Shown here: piece by piece, positions 24,240 to 31,744 of the stretch
Position numbering within the stretch: the first letter of the stretch is position 1
How the letters are laid out: each line of letters starts with the position of its first letter
Source: Ferroglobus placidus DSM 10642
GTDB taxonomy: Archaea; Halobacteriota; Archaeoglobi; Archaeoglobales; Archaeoglobaceae
Direction: 5' to 3'
DNA length: 32,000 nt
Assembly: GCF_000025505.1 (NCBI RefSeq)
Contig: NC_013849.1
Span: forward strand, 2,130,001-2,162,000
Notes under the pieces: generated by a model
What the model saw: the letters and a program-made list of their open reading frames with translations, nothing else
Told to the model about the DNA's origin: nothing
Databases searched by the model: none
Made by a program: the position numbers and the translations under genes

Positions 24240-24905
24240 TTAACGTTCTTTCTTTTTCATTTGCTTATCGAGTTCTTCCAGAATTAATCGAAGAATCTGT
24301 TCCCAAAATCTATTGTTGGACAGCACATTCCAAATTGCTTGAGTTTTTTTAAAAAAAGGATATTCCAGATTATTCCTTTTGTTCATATCATCGAGCTTCT
24401 CGTTCAGAATTTTAAGGAATTTCTTTTCGCGTTTCACTTCTTTGCTTAATCTTTCGTCAAATTTCGGATGTTCCATTATTAATCTCCAATCTGGCTCTTC
24501 CGATTCAAAGGCTTTCAATGTTATTTCGAGGAGGAGAACCTCATTTTTACGGAGCACTTGTTTAAATTCATCTTGATGTGCGGATACTACTTTCATTAGG
24601 TCAATTAGGGATTTTTTAACTGCAATAAACTCCCGTTCAATGCGATTTACTACCTTTTCAGCCATTTTTTCGGGATCTGATGGTTCAATAACACTGCTGA
24701 CTACTGACATGCCCAGAGCGGTGGAGAACGCCTCATAAAACCGATCAAATGATTCCAATGCTCGATTAAGTGGCTTTTCAATAGCTAATGCTAAATCCTT
24801 TTTCAACTGATTTTTGGCTGTTATATCTTTTATCTTACCGATAAGCCAGACAACAGTTGGGAGTATATTGAAAGCTATGTCGAGCAAACTACTGCCACCT
24901 CTCAA
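24240..24905 (-). CDS. Hypothetical protein (orphan-like, predicted all-helical, hydrophobic N-terminal segment)
   Basis: A 221-codon ORF is maintained in a visibly AT-rich stretch where stops should be frequent. I recognise no family motif. It has a TTG start and no internal ATG near the N-terminus. Confidence 0.55.
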   Translation of the reverse strand: MRGGSSLLDIAFNILPTVVWLIGKIKDITAKNQLKKDLALAIEKPLNRALESFDRFYEAFSTALGMSVVSSVIEPSDPEKMAEKVVNRIEREFIAVKKSLIDLMKVVSAHQDEFKQVLRKNEVLLLEITLKAFESEEPDWRLIMEHPKFDERLSKEVKREKKFLKILNEKLDDMNKRNNLEYPFFKKTQAIWNVLSNNRFWEQILRLILEELDKQMKKKER

Positions 24906-25015
24906 AAATAAGTCTCGTCAACGAAAATATAAATTTTCACTCAATTTTCATTTGTGCATCATCCAAGATTACACCAAAACTTTCATAAGCAAATTTAAAT
25001 AAAACATTTATCGCT

Positions 25016-25097
25016 GCCGGGGTTGCAGAGAGGCACTGCGCCGGCCTTGAGAGCCGGTGCCCGCAAGGGCTCCTGGGTTCAAGTCCCAGCCCCGGCG
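25016..25097 (+). tRNA. tRNA-Ser (anticodon UGA), class II, no encoded CCA
   Basis: Hand-folded cloverleaf: acceptor GCCGGGG/CCCCGGC, D stem GCAG/CTGC, anticodon stem CCGGC/GCCGG. The anticodon loop is CTTGAGA, the 15-nt variable arm has a GCCC/GGGC stem, the T arm is CTGGG-TTCAAGT-CCCAG, and the discriminator is G. Confidence 0.93.
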
Positions 25098-25124
25098 CTC
25101 TTCTCAAAGGTTTAAGTCTCATGT

Positions 25125-25544
25125 TCAAATTCTCTCTAAAATCACTTTTCCATCGACGACTTTTACCGAAACTGTATCGCCCTCCACGACTTCGAAGTAA
25201 TTCCTAAGTTTTCTGCTAAGATAAACGCAAAGCCCGTTTCCGAGCCTCCGCACCTTCTGCAACTCCTCGTATCTCGCACTACTGGCAATAATTGAATCTA
25301 CGAGTATCGCGCTTCTTACAGCCATAATTTTCTTAAGCGTATCTTCAATCGATGATAACTTCTCGAAAATCTTTACCAGCTTTGTAAGAGTTTTATCGCC
25401 AAATCTTTCGATTTTTAGAGGCTTTCTGGATAACTTTCCCAGCTCTACGAGTTCTTGTAGACTCAAACCTTTCTCAACGACTTCCGAAAGTTCGCTCGCG
25501 AACAGGTTGCCGAGAACGGTATCGTCATTAAAGTGCAGACCCAA
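25125..25544 (-). CDS. Hypothetical protein with C-terminal SpoVT/AbrB-like (swapped-hairpin) domain
   Basis: The C-terminus LGNGLCVYLSRKLRNYFEVVEGDTVSVKVVDGKVILERI fits the AbrB/MazE pattern. The N-terminal ~95 aa is unassigned. It has a non-ATG (TTG) start, and its boundaries are uncertain. Confidence 0.5.
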   Translation of the reverse strand: MGLHFNDDTVLGNLFASELSEVVEKGLSLQELVELGKLSRKPLKIERFGDKTLTKLVKIFEKLSSIEDTLKKIMAVRSAILVDSIIASSARYEELQKVRRLGNGLCVYLSRKLRNYFEVVEGDTVSVKVVDGKVILERI

Positions 25545-25925
25545 GGTAAAAACGTATTGGAGTTTATTCCATACGTCAGTGGAGATAGCCGGGGAGGAGT
25601 GCTAATTCCCAAAGAAATTAGGAACTTGGATAAAAAGGTAATTGAAAAATTGAGAGAAATCTTGGAGAATGTTTACCATGCCAAAATCGTTCCTAAAAAA
25701 GCTGACAAAAATTCGAACTCAAGTTCTTTGATTGTATCGAAAAAAGCTGTCAGTAAACGTGTGGTCCTCTTTGAAGGAGTTAGAAAGTGTCCCAAGTGTG
25801 GTGGCGACATGTATTACGACTTAGTGACATCTCAGCCGAGTTACAGAGTTATAGGGACACTCTCTTTTTTCGATTACACTTCGTTGGATGGGAAAAGGGC
25901 GCTTTTAAAGATTTTAGAACTCTGA
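25533..25925 (+). CDS. Hypothetical protein (possible AbrB-like N-terminal strand, single CPKCGG knuckle)
   Basis: This ORF has only non-ATG starts (GTG 25533 or TTG 25557). It contains GGVLIPKEIRNL, which resembles the AbrB DNA-binding strand. The coding status is uncertain. Confidence 0.35.
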   Translation: MQTQGKNVLEFIPYVSGDSRGGVLIPKEIRNLDKKVIEKLREILENVYHAKIVPKKADKNSNSSSLIVSKKAVSKRVVLFEGVRKCPKCGGDMYYDLVTSQPSYRVIGTLSFFDYTSLDGKRALLKILEL

Positions 25926-25992
25926 AACGTCGAAATAGACTTCTGGAAAGTTTATTTAAAAGAGGGAAAAACAGGATATGTGGGTGGGATAC

Positions 25993-26946
25993 ATGTGCGA
26001 ACTCTTCGGTCTATGCTCCAACAAAATCGTTGGAATCAGCTTCTCGTGGCGCGGTTTCGTTAGAAGAGGTGCAAAACACAGATCTGGGTGGGGCGTTGGC
26101 TGGTACGTCGAGAACGAGAGAGGAGAACGGTATGCAGCTCTGGTCAAAGAGCCGAGACCTTCGGTCAGTAGCCCCGTTGCGGAGCTTTTGAGAAGGGGAA
26201 TTAGAAGTAACATCGTTGTCAGCCATGTTAGGCTCGCAACCGAAGGGGATCCGAAGTACGTAAACACTCACCTATTCGTGAGACCTTTCGGAGAAGATGA
26301 ATGGATTTTCGCCCACAACGGAGATGTTTCGGAAATAAAAGGTTACAGACTGGAGAGATTTCATCCGATTGGTGATACGGATTCGGAATACGCTTTCTGC
26401 TACATCTTAGATAATCTCCCGAGTTATGCGAGGCTGGGAGATTTGTTTAGGATGTTGTTCGAGCTCGCGCAAGAGATTGCAGATTACGGCACCTTCAACT
26501 TCTTGATGAGCAACGGAAGATACCTCTTCGCCCACACAAACAACGGCAGATTGCACTACCTTCTGAGGCATCCTCCTCACGCCGGAAAGGTGAGAATATT
26601 TGGAGATGACGACTACCAAGTATCTCTCGGAGAAGTGAAAAGTGCTGACGAATACGCTGCACTTCTTGCTACAGTCCCGCTGACCGACGAGAACTGGATA
26701 AGGATGGAGAAAGGAAGGTTATACGTTTTCAGAGATGGAGATCTCGTTCTCGTAATTAGCTCCGACGGTTTTAAGCCTATGCTGAATGATAAAGAACTGG
26801 AGATTTTGAGAGTTGTTAGAACTGCTCCGAGCTCTTTAAAGCTCTCTGAGATAGCGGACAGTATTGGGGACGACATCGAGAGGAACGTACAGAATCGTCA
26901 GGAGCCTCGTTCGCAGACGCTATTTAAAGCAACACTCACACGATAG
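25993..26946 (+). CDS. Class II (Ntn) glutamine amidotransferase-like protein (YafJ/GATase_4 type) with truncated C-terminal HTH
   Basis: The start MCELFG places the nucleophile Cys right after Met. Other Ntn-fold blocks are HVRLAT, FAHNG and GDTDSEY. The C-terminal LEILRVVRTAPSSLKLSEIADSIG looks like the first two helices of a winged helix. Confidence 0.75.
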   Translation: MCELFGLCSNKIVGISFSWRGFVRRGAKHRSGWGVGWYVENERGERYAALVKEPRPSVSSPVAELLRRGIRSNIVVSHVRLATEGDPKYVNTHLFVRPFGEDEWIFAHNGDVSEIKGYRLERFHPIGDTDSEYAFCYILDNLPSYARLGDLFRMLFELAQEIADYGTFNFLMSNGRYLFAHTNNGRLHYLLRHPPHAGKVRIFGDDDYQVSLGEVKSADEYAALLATVPLTDENWIRMEKGRLYVFRDGDLVLVISSDGFKPMLNDKELEILRVVRTAPSSLKLSEIADSIGDDIERNVQNRQEPRSQTLFKATLTR

Positions 26947-27052
26947 AGTCGGGCAAAGTCATCCTGAAGCCAGGTACTTTACGAGAAAAAACAAGAGAGC
27001 TTTGATCGATCTTCTGCTGAACGACGCGGAAAATGGCTTCTCACCTCTGTGA
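26864..27052 (+). other. Out-of-frame continuation encoding the rest of the winged-helix domain (probable frameshifted 3' end of the amidotransferase gene)
   Basis: The +1 frame reads TYRIVRSLVRRRYLKQ...ARYFTRKNKRALIDLL, i.e. a recognition helix plus wing. Deleting one A at 26884/26885 joins it in frame to ...SIGDDIER. Confidence 0.45.
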
Positions 27053-27069
27053 TGAAAGAAAAAAAAGAC

Positions 27070-28911
27070 TCACCCGGACAGAAACCTCTCCAGCTCGCTT
27101 TTCAGCTTTTCCGCAACTATTTTTCCGTCCACCTTTCCCCTGAACTCCTTCATAACCACACCCATCAGTGGTTTGAAAGCCCCCATCCCTCTTTCGAGGA
27201 CGAAGTCCTTTCTTTCCTCTATGACCTTTCTTATGTACTCCTCCAGATTTTCCGCTTTCCCTATCCTTTCGGCTATTTCCTCTTTCGATAGATCCTCTTC
27301 GCAAAGCATTTTCAAAGCCTCTTCAGCCCCTTCTTTAGCTATCTTCTTCTCAGCTATTAATTCAAGAACTTTTCTGAAGTCTTCCTTGCTGAGCTTTTCA
27401 ACTTTAAAACCTTCCTTTTTAAGCTCCGAAGGTATTATGTGGAGGACTTTCGCGGCTGTGGTTGCTCCAATTTTTTTAGCGAACTCTTCGAAGAGATCGT
27501 AGAATTCGGAATCCGCTATGACCATTGCCAGGTCTTTCGGAAGAGAATACTCTCTGACGTACCTTTCCGCCCTCTCTTCGATCAGTTCTGGAATCTCCAC
27601 CTCTATGTCTCTTATCTCCACTGGAGGAACGTCAGTTTCTGGATACATTCTTGCCGCTCCCGGAAGAGGGCGGAGGTAGGATGTTGTTCCGTCTTCGTTT
27701 GCTTTCCTCGTCTCCTCCGGAACTCCGATTAGGCAGTACTTGGCTCTCTCTATAATCCTTCTCAAAGCTCTATTAACTCTCTCCTCATCTCCGGCAGCTA
27801 TGACAACAGCATCATTCTCCCCAGCTCCGACGAACTCTTTGAGCTTCTTTACTTCTTCCTCGCCTATCCCGTAAGCTGGAAGCTCGTCCGTGTGAAATAT
27901 TCCTCCCAAGCCAAACGTTTTGGCTATGTCCGCAAATTCTGTTCCGAGCCTTCTTCCGGGCTGAATTTCCCTTCCAACGATTCCGCCAAAGTTTTTGAGG
28001 AGGATAGCTTTGACTTTTTTAGCTTTCCTCAAAATCTTCGACTTCGTGTCCTTGAAAATCTCGCTAACGTCGAAAATTTCCTCGACCACCTCAGCTTTCC
28101 TTTTTCTGAGCTCATCTCGTATTTTGAGCAGGTTGACCTGCCTGAGAACTTCGTACTCAACGACTTTATCGAGAATTTCAAGGCTTTGAACACCTTTTAT
28201 TTCAACCCTCGCCCCCTCAGCTATGGATATGTTCACGTCCTGCCTTATCGTCCCGAGTCCTCTCTTAACTTTTCCGGTACTTCTCAAAATCATTCCTATC
28301 TTCCAAGCAACCTTTTTCGCCAGCTCCGGAGAATCTATGTCCGGCTTGGTTCCTATCTCAACGAGAGGTATTCCGAGTCTGTCCAAAGAATAGACGACAA
28401 CTCCGTTTCTCTCTTCTATCTTTCTGCAAGCTTCCTCTTCGAGGCAGAGCGTTGCTATACCTATCTTTCTTCCGTCAACTTCTACGTATCCATCGAAAGC
28501 CACCAAAGCTGTTCTCTGAAATCCTGTGGTGTTGCTTCCGTCTATGACTATCTTCCTCATAACGTGAACCTCATCGACGAGCTCCATGTTGAGCATTTTT
28601 GCAATTTGAACGGCTATCTCCAAAGCTTCCCTATTTAGCTCGCTCGGGGGCTCTTCATCAGCCTCAACGAGGCACGTTGTCGGATAAAACTTGTAAAGAA
28701 ACTTTTTACTCCTCTCAACCTCCTCTTTCGCAGCTCTATCCTCTTCTCCAAGCTCGCTCCTTTTTAACCTTAAGTAGCGAAAGAATTCGAAGTTAGATTC
28801 CTCTAATTCCATAAGCTTTGTGGGACATCTGCAAAACAGCTTGTGTTTAGTGTCAAGCTGCTGATGAATTTCGATTCCAACCTTGAGTCCGAGCTCCGAG
28901 TAGTTCATCAA
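27070..28911 (-). CDS. gatE: Glutamyl-tRNA(Gln) amidotransferase subunit E (archaeal GatE)
   Basis: The N-terminus is GLKVGIEIHQQLDTKHKLFCRCPT. Its ~610-aa length, the AspRS-like insertion and the C-terminal YqeY-like tail fit GatE rather than GatB. Confidence 0.93.
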   Translation of the reverse strand: MMNYSELGLKVGIEIHQQLDTKHKLFCRCPTKLMELEESNFEFFRYLRLKRSELGEEDRAAKEEVERSKKFLYKFYPTTCLVEADEEPPSELNREALEIAVQIAKMLNMELVDEVHVMRKIVIDGSNTTGFQRTALVAFDGYVEVDGRKIGIATLCLEEEACRKIEERNGVVVYSLDRLGIPLVEIGTKPDIDSPELAKKVAWKIGMILRSTGKVKRGLGTIRQDVNISIAEGARVEIKGVQSLEILDKVVEYEVLRQVNLLKIRDELRKRKAEVVEEIFDVSEIFKDTKSKILRKAKKVKAILLKNFGGIVGREIQPGRRLGTEFADIAKTFGLGGIFHTDELPAYGIGEEEVKKLKEFVGAGENDAVVIAAGDEERVNRALRRIIERAKYCLIGVPEETRKANEDGTTSYLRPLPGAARMYPETDVPPVEIRDIEVEIPELIEERAERYVREYSLPKDLAMVIADSEFYDLFEEFAKKIGATTAAKVLHIIPSELKKEGFKVEKLSKEDFRKVLELIAEKKIAKEGAEEALKMLCEEDLSKEEIAERIGKAENLEEYIRKVIEERKDFVLERGMGAFKPLMGVVMKEFRGKVDGKIVAEKLKSELERFLSG

Positions 28912-28950
28912 GAGAGAATTTGCGATGCGTTAAAAACATTTTTCCAAGAA

Positions 28951-28965
28951 TTTAAATTATATAAG
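28951..28965 (+). promoter_or_regulatory. TATA-like element TTTAAATTATATAAG upstream of the flavin reductase gene
   Basis: The TTATATAA core is centred about 26 nt upstream of position 28987, and the ATG is at 28982. There is no SD, so the transcript is probably leaderless. Confidence 0.4.
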
Positions 28966-28981
28966 CTTCCTTTATTCTACC

Positions 28982-29515
28982 ATGAAGGTGAAAGTTGAAG
29001 AAGCCTACAGACTCCTACACCCTCGTCCGGTGGTTTTGATATGCTCTTCCTACGAAGGAAAAACGAGTTTCATGGCTTGTTCTTGGATTACGCCGGTAAA
29101 TGATGAGCCGGCTATGTTAGCTGCAGCCATATGGGAGGAAAACTTCACCCACGAACTGATAGAGAAGAGTAACGAGTTCACCGTCAACGTCCCAAGCGTT
29201 GACATCGCTGAGAAGGTCTGGCTTGCTGGAAAGAAGAGTGGAAGAAACGTTGATAAAGCTAAGTTGACGAAATTAAAACTCGGAAAAGCGAAGAAAGTTT
29301 CAGCTCCAATAATAGAGGACTGCGTAGCAAACCTCGAATGCGTCGTCAAGGATAAAGTAAAAGCCGGAGATCACACGGTATTCATTGGTGAAATTGTTGA
29401 AGCTTACGCAGAAAAAGACCTTTTCGAAAAGGTCTGGAAAGAAGATGCAAGGATTCTGATGCACGTGGGAGGAAAAGTATTTTCAACGAGCAGTAACTTC
29501 TTTGAAGTCCGCTGA
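28982..29515 (+). CDS. Flavin reductase-like FMN-binding protein (flavoredoxin family)
   Basis: The split-barrel family pattern is present: LLHPRPVVLI, MACSWITPV, FTVNVP, DHTVFIGEIV. Confidence 0.85.
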   Translation: MKVKVEEAYRLLHPRPVVLICSSYEGKTSFMACSWITPVNDEPAMLAAAIWEENFTHELIEKSNEFTVNVPSVDIAEKVWLAGKKSGRNVDKAKLTKLKLGKAKKVSAPIIEDCVANLECVVKDKVKAGDHTVFIGEIVEAYAEKDLFEKVWKEDARILMHVGGKVFSTSSNFFEVR

Positions 29516-29530
29516 TGAGAGCGATGACGC

Positions 29531-30679
29531 ATGAGGGGATTCAAAGAAAAAGTGATTACAGCTTGGAAATTTACTCTTCCAGCTATTTTACTCTCTCTTC
29601 TCCTTGAATTTTCAGCCGGAATTTTCCTCGGTAAGTATTTTGAAAAACTTATGCTTCACTACCCTCTAATTCTTCTCGTTCTCCCGGGGTTGATGGGTTT
29701 AAGAGGAAACATATTTGGAGCTCTCTCTTCGAGATTTACGAGCGCTTTGTATCTTGGAGAAATAGAGCCGAAGCTTAAAGATAGGAGAGTTTTGGAGATA
29801 ATACTAACTGGAGTTTCTCTTTCTCTTCTTCCGGTGGCAATTCTCTGGTTTGTGGGTGTTGCGAAGCTCGGCTTGGACAACGCTATCGTTGTTTTCGCCA
29901 TATTGCTCGCTTCCACCATCTTCGTCAGCATGATTCTCGGACTTACCGCTGCGAGCGTTACGATAATCCCCTTCAGAAGAGAAATAGATCCCGATGCCAT
30001 AGCGACTCCCGTTGTAACTTCTGTAGCCGATCTACTAACGATTCCAACTTTGATCGCATTCGTTCTCCTCTTCGAAACTCACGAAGGAGTGTTCCTGTTT
30101 ACTTTAATTTTTTTCCTCGCTCTTTTCGGAGTCATGGGTATAAAATACAAAATTTCGAGGAAGATTTTTTTCGAACTTTCAGCAGTGTTAATCGTTCTCG
30201 CTGCAGTAAGCTCGATTTCGGGAGCTTTGCTTGAAACATTCAGCAAAGAAATTCACGAGTCCCTCCTTTTCAGCATTCTCTATCCGGCAATAATAGGCAG
30301 CCTGGGCAACTTCGGAGGAGTTGTAGGAGCGAGAGTTTCGACGAAACTACACATAGGAGAGGTTGAGAGATTTTTCGAGAAAGACGTCCTTCTCGACATT
30401 CTCGCTTTAACGACCTTGACTTTGCCCTTAGCTTCGATAATGTACTCTTCTGGAGTTCTCGTCGCTTACTTCATTTTCGGAAGAGTTCCGGGAATTTACT
30501 ACTTCTTCTTCCCTTTTTACATGCTCACAGCTTTGTTCGTTATGATTCTCGGAAATTTAATTTCTGTAACTTTCCACAAGTTCGGTTTCGATCCGGACAA
30601 CGTTACAGTTCCCGCTATAACGACTTTAGCCGATCTGATCGGAACTGCCCTCACCATTCTCCTTTCCTTCCTCTCTTAG
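29531..30679 (+). CDS. Divalent-cation transporter made of two MgtE-type membrane domains (SLC41-like architecture)
   Basis: There are two internal repeats, each ending in the MgtE TM-domain signature (DPDAIATPVVTSVADLL and DPDNVTVPAITTLADLI). No N-terminal or CBS cytosolic domains are present. Confidence 0.75.
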   Translation: MRGFKEKVITAWKFTLPAILLSLLLEFSAGIFLGKYFEKLMLHYPLILLVLPGLMGLRGNIFGALSSRFTSALYLGEIEPKLKDRRVLEIILTGVSLSLLPVAILWFVGVAKLGLDNAIVVFAILLASTIFVSMILGLTAASVTIIPFRREIDPDAIATPVVTSVADLLTIPTLIAFVLLFETHEGVFLFTLIFFLALFGVMGIKYKISRKIFFELSAVLIVLAAVSSISGALLETFSKEIHESLLFSILYPAIIGSLGNFGGVVGARVSTKLHIGEVERFFEKDVLLDILALTTLTLPLASIMYSSGVLVAYFIFGRVPGIYYFFFPFYMLTALFVMILGNLISVTFHKFGFDPDNVTVPAITTLADLIGTALTILLSFLS

Positions 30680-31711
30680 CTCCTTTTCGAGTTCCTCGTA
30701 AACGTCGAGTAAAGCTATGAGTGTCGTTGGGATCGTGTGCTCGGTTGCGAACGTTATGTAAGGTGTGAGATCTATAACGAAATCCGCAAACCGGAAAATA
30801 CCCTTCGGCAAACCAACTCTACTTCCGGCGAAAACGACGATTTCATCCGCTCTTCTAAAAGCCTTCTTTAATTCCTCTTTTATGTCGGAAAGTTGCTTTC
30901 CCGTCGGATCGGTTACAATTAAAACGTTCCTCCTCCTCCTTTTGTCTCTAACGGTCTGATATAAGTCGTGCACGTAAACCGGAACCTCTCTGACTTCTCT
31001 CGCGTAAGACTTCCTCTGAATTTTCAGCCTCGCAGTCTGCCCCCTCCTCACGCCTTTAAGGAACTCGAGAAGTTCGTAAGCGTTTACGTAATTGTAAGGA
31101 GCGATAATCAGCTCTTTTATCTCGAAAGATTGAGCGGCTCTTCCTATTCTCTCTCCAATCTGCTTCGCTCCTCTCAAGTCCTCTAAATAAGGCATCTGAA
31201 CGAAGCTGATTTTTCCGAAAAACTTGGTCGAATCGACCTTCTCCGGAGTGTACTTCTTGTGCTCCTCCTTGCCGTCTATCACTCCTATAAACGTCCTCTC
31301 GTTGACGATTTCAACGTAAACGGCTTTTTCCGGAAAGTTTAAATCTACATCAGCACCGCTTAATTCCTGAATTCTCCTTCCGAGCTCTACGTTAACGTCC
31401 GTGCTCGTAAAGTCGTGTTTTAAGCCTCTTCTCGTTGTTCTCACCGCAAAGCTTCTGAATTCTCCCATCGCCTTTACTATGTCTTCCGCTCTGGAGACTA
31501 TCTCCTTCAAGTCGGATTTAACTTCAAAAAGAACGGGTATGGCTCTTTCAACTTCTGGAACTTCTTTCACCTTCTCGACGTCGTCGCTATGAACAATTAA
31601 AATTCCGAGGTAACCGGCGGGTCTTACTTCAATTTTGACGTCTCCGAGCTCGTCCTTTATGCGGCTTGCAGCTATGTATTCCATTCCTCTCTGAGTTTTA
31701 ACGAATATCAT
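30626..31711 (-). CDS. THUMP-domain protein fused to an AF2226-like SPOUT putative RNA methyltransferase
   Basis: The N-terminal ferredoxin-like plus THUMP pattern includes FAVRTTRRG..DFTS.DVN..LG. The C-terminal half looks like an alpha/beta knot (VLIVTDPTG...VFAGSRVGLP...ATEHTIPT). I prefer ATG 31711. Confidence 0.6.
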   Translation of the reverse strand: MIFVKTQRGMEYIAASRIKDELGDVKIEVRPAGYLGILIVHSDDVEKVKEVPEVERAIPVLFEVKSDLKEIVSRAEDIVKAMGEFRSFAVRTTRRGLKHDFTSTDVNVELGRRIQELSGADVDLNFPEKAVYVEIVNERTFIGVIDGKEEHKKYTPEKVDSTKFFGKISFVQMPYLEDLRGAKQIGERIGRAAQSFEIKELIIAPYNYVNAYELLEFLKGVRRGQTARLKIQRKSYAREVREVPVYVHDLYQTVRDKRRRRNVLIVTDPTGKQLSDIKEELKKAFRRADEIVVFAGSRVGLPKGIFRFADFVIDLTPYITFATEHTIPTTLIALLDVYEELEKELREEGKENGEGSSDQIG

Positions 31712-31744
31712 CCGCAAACTTTGAGAATTCGTTATTTAAAACTA

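Noticed and set aside
24937-25128. A 63-aa ORF on the minus strand
   Set aside because: It runs straight through the tRNA-Ser gene. The GC-rich tRNA sequence keeps the frame open by chance.
27040-27060. A possible C/D-box sRNA (GTGATGA at about 27047-27053)
   Set aside because: No correctly ordered D', C' and D (CUGA) boxes and no terminal stem are present. The motif lies in the frameshifted ORF tail next to the gatE stop.
24202-27069. Calling the tRNA-Ser-flanking patch an integrated mobile element
   Set aside because: I found no integrase, transposase or capsid-like gene. I also found no direct repeat of the tRNA 5' or 3' segment (only a chance 7-8-nt GCCGGGG match near 25590). I report it as compositional and gene-content oddities only, not as a mobile_element feature.
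27892-28638. A 248-aa ORF antisense to gatE, and smaller plus-strand ORFs across 27049-28796
   Set aside because: GatE homology on the minus strand is continuous across this region. The antisense peptides are Ser/Phe/Leu-rich with no recognisable domain.
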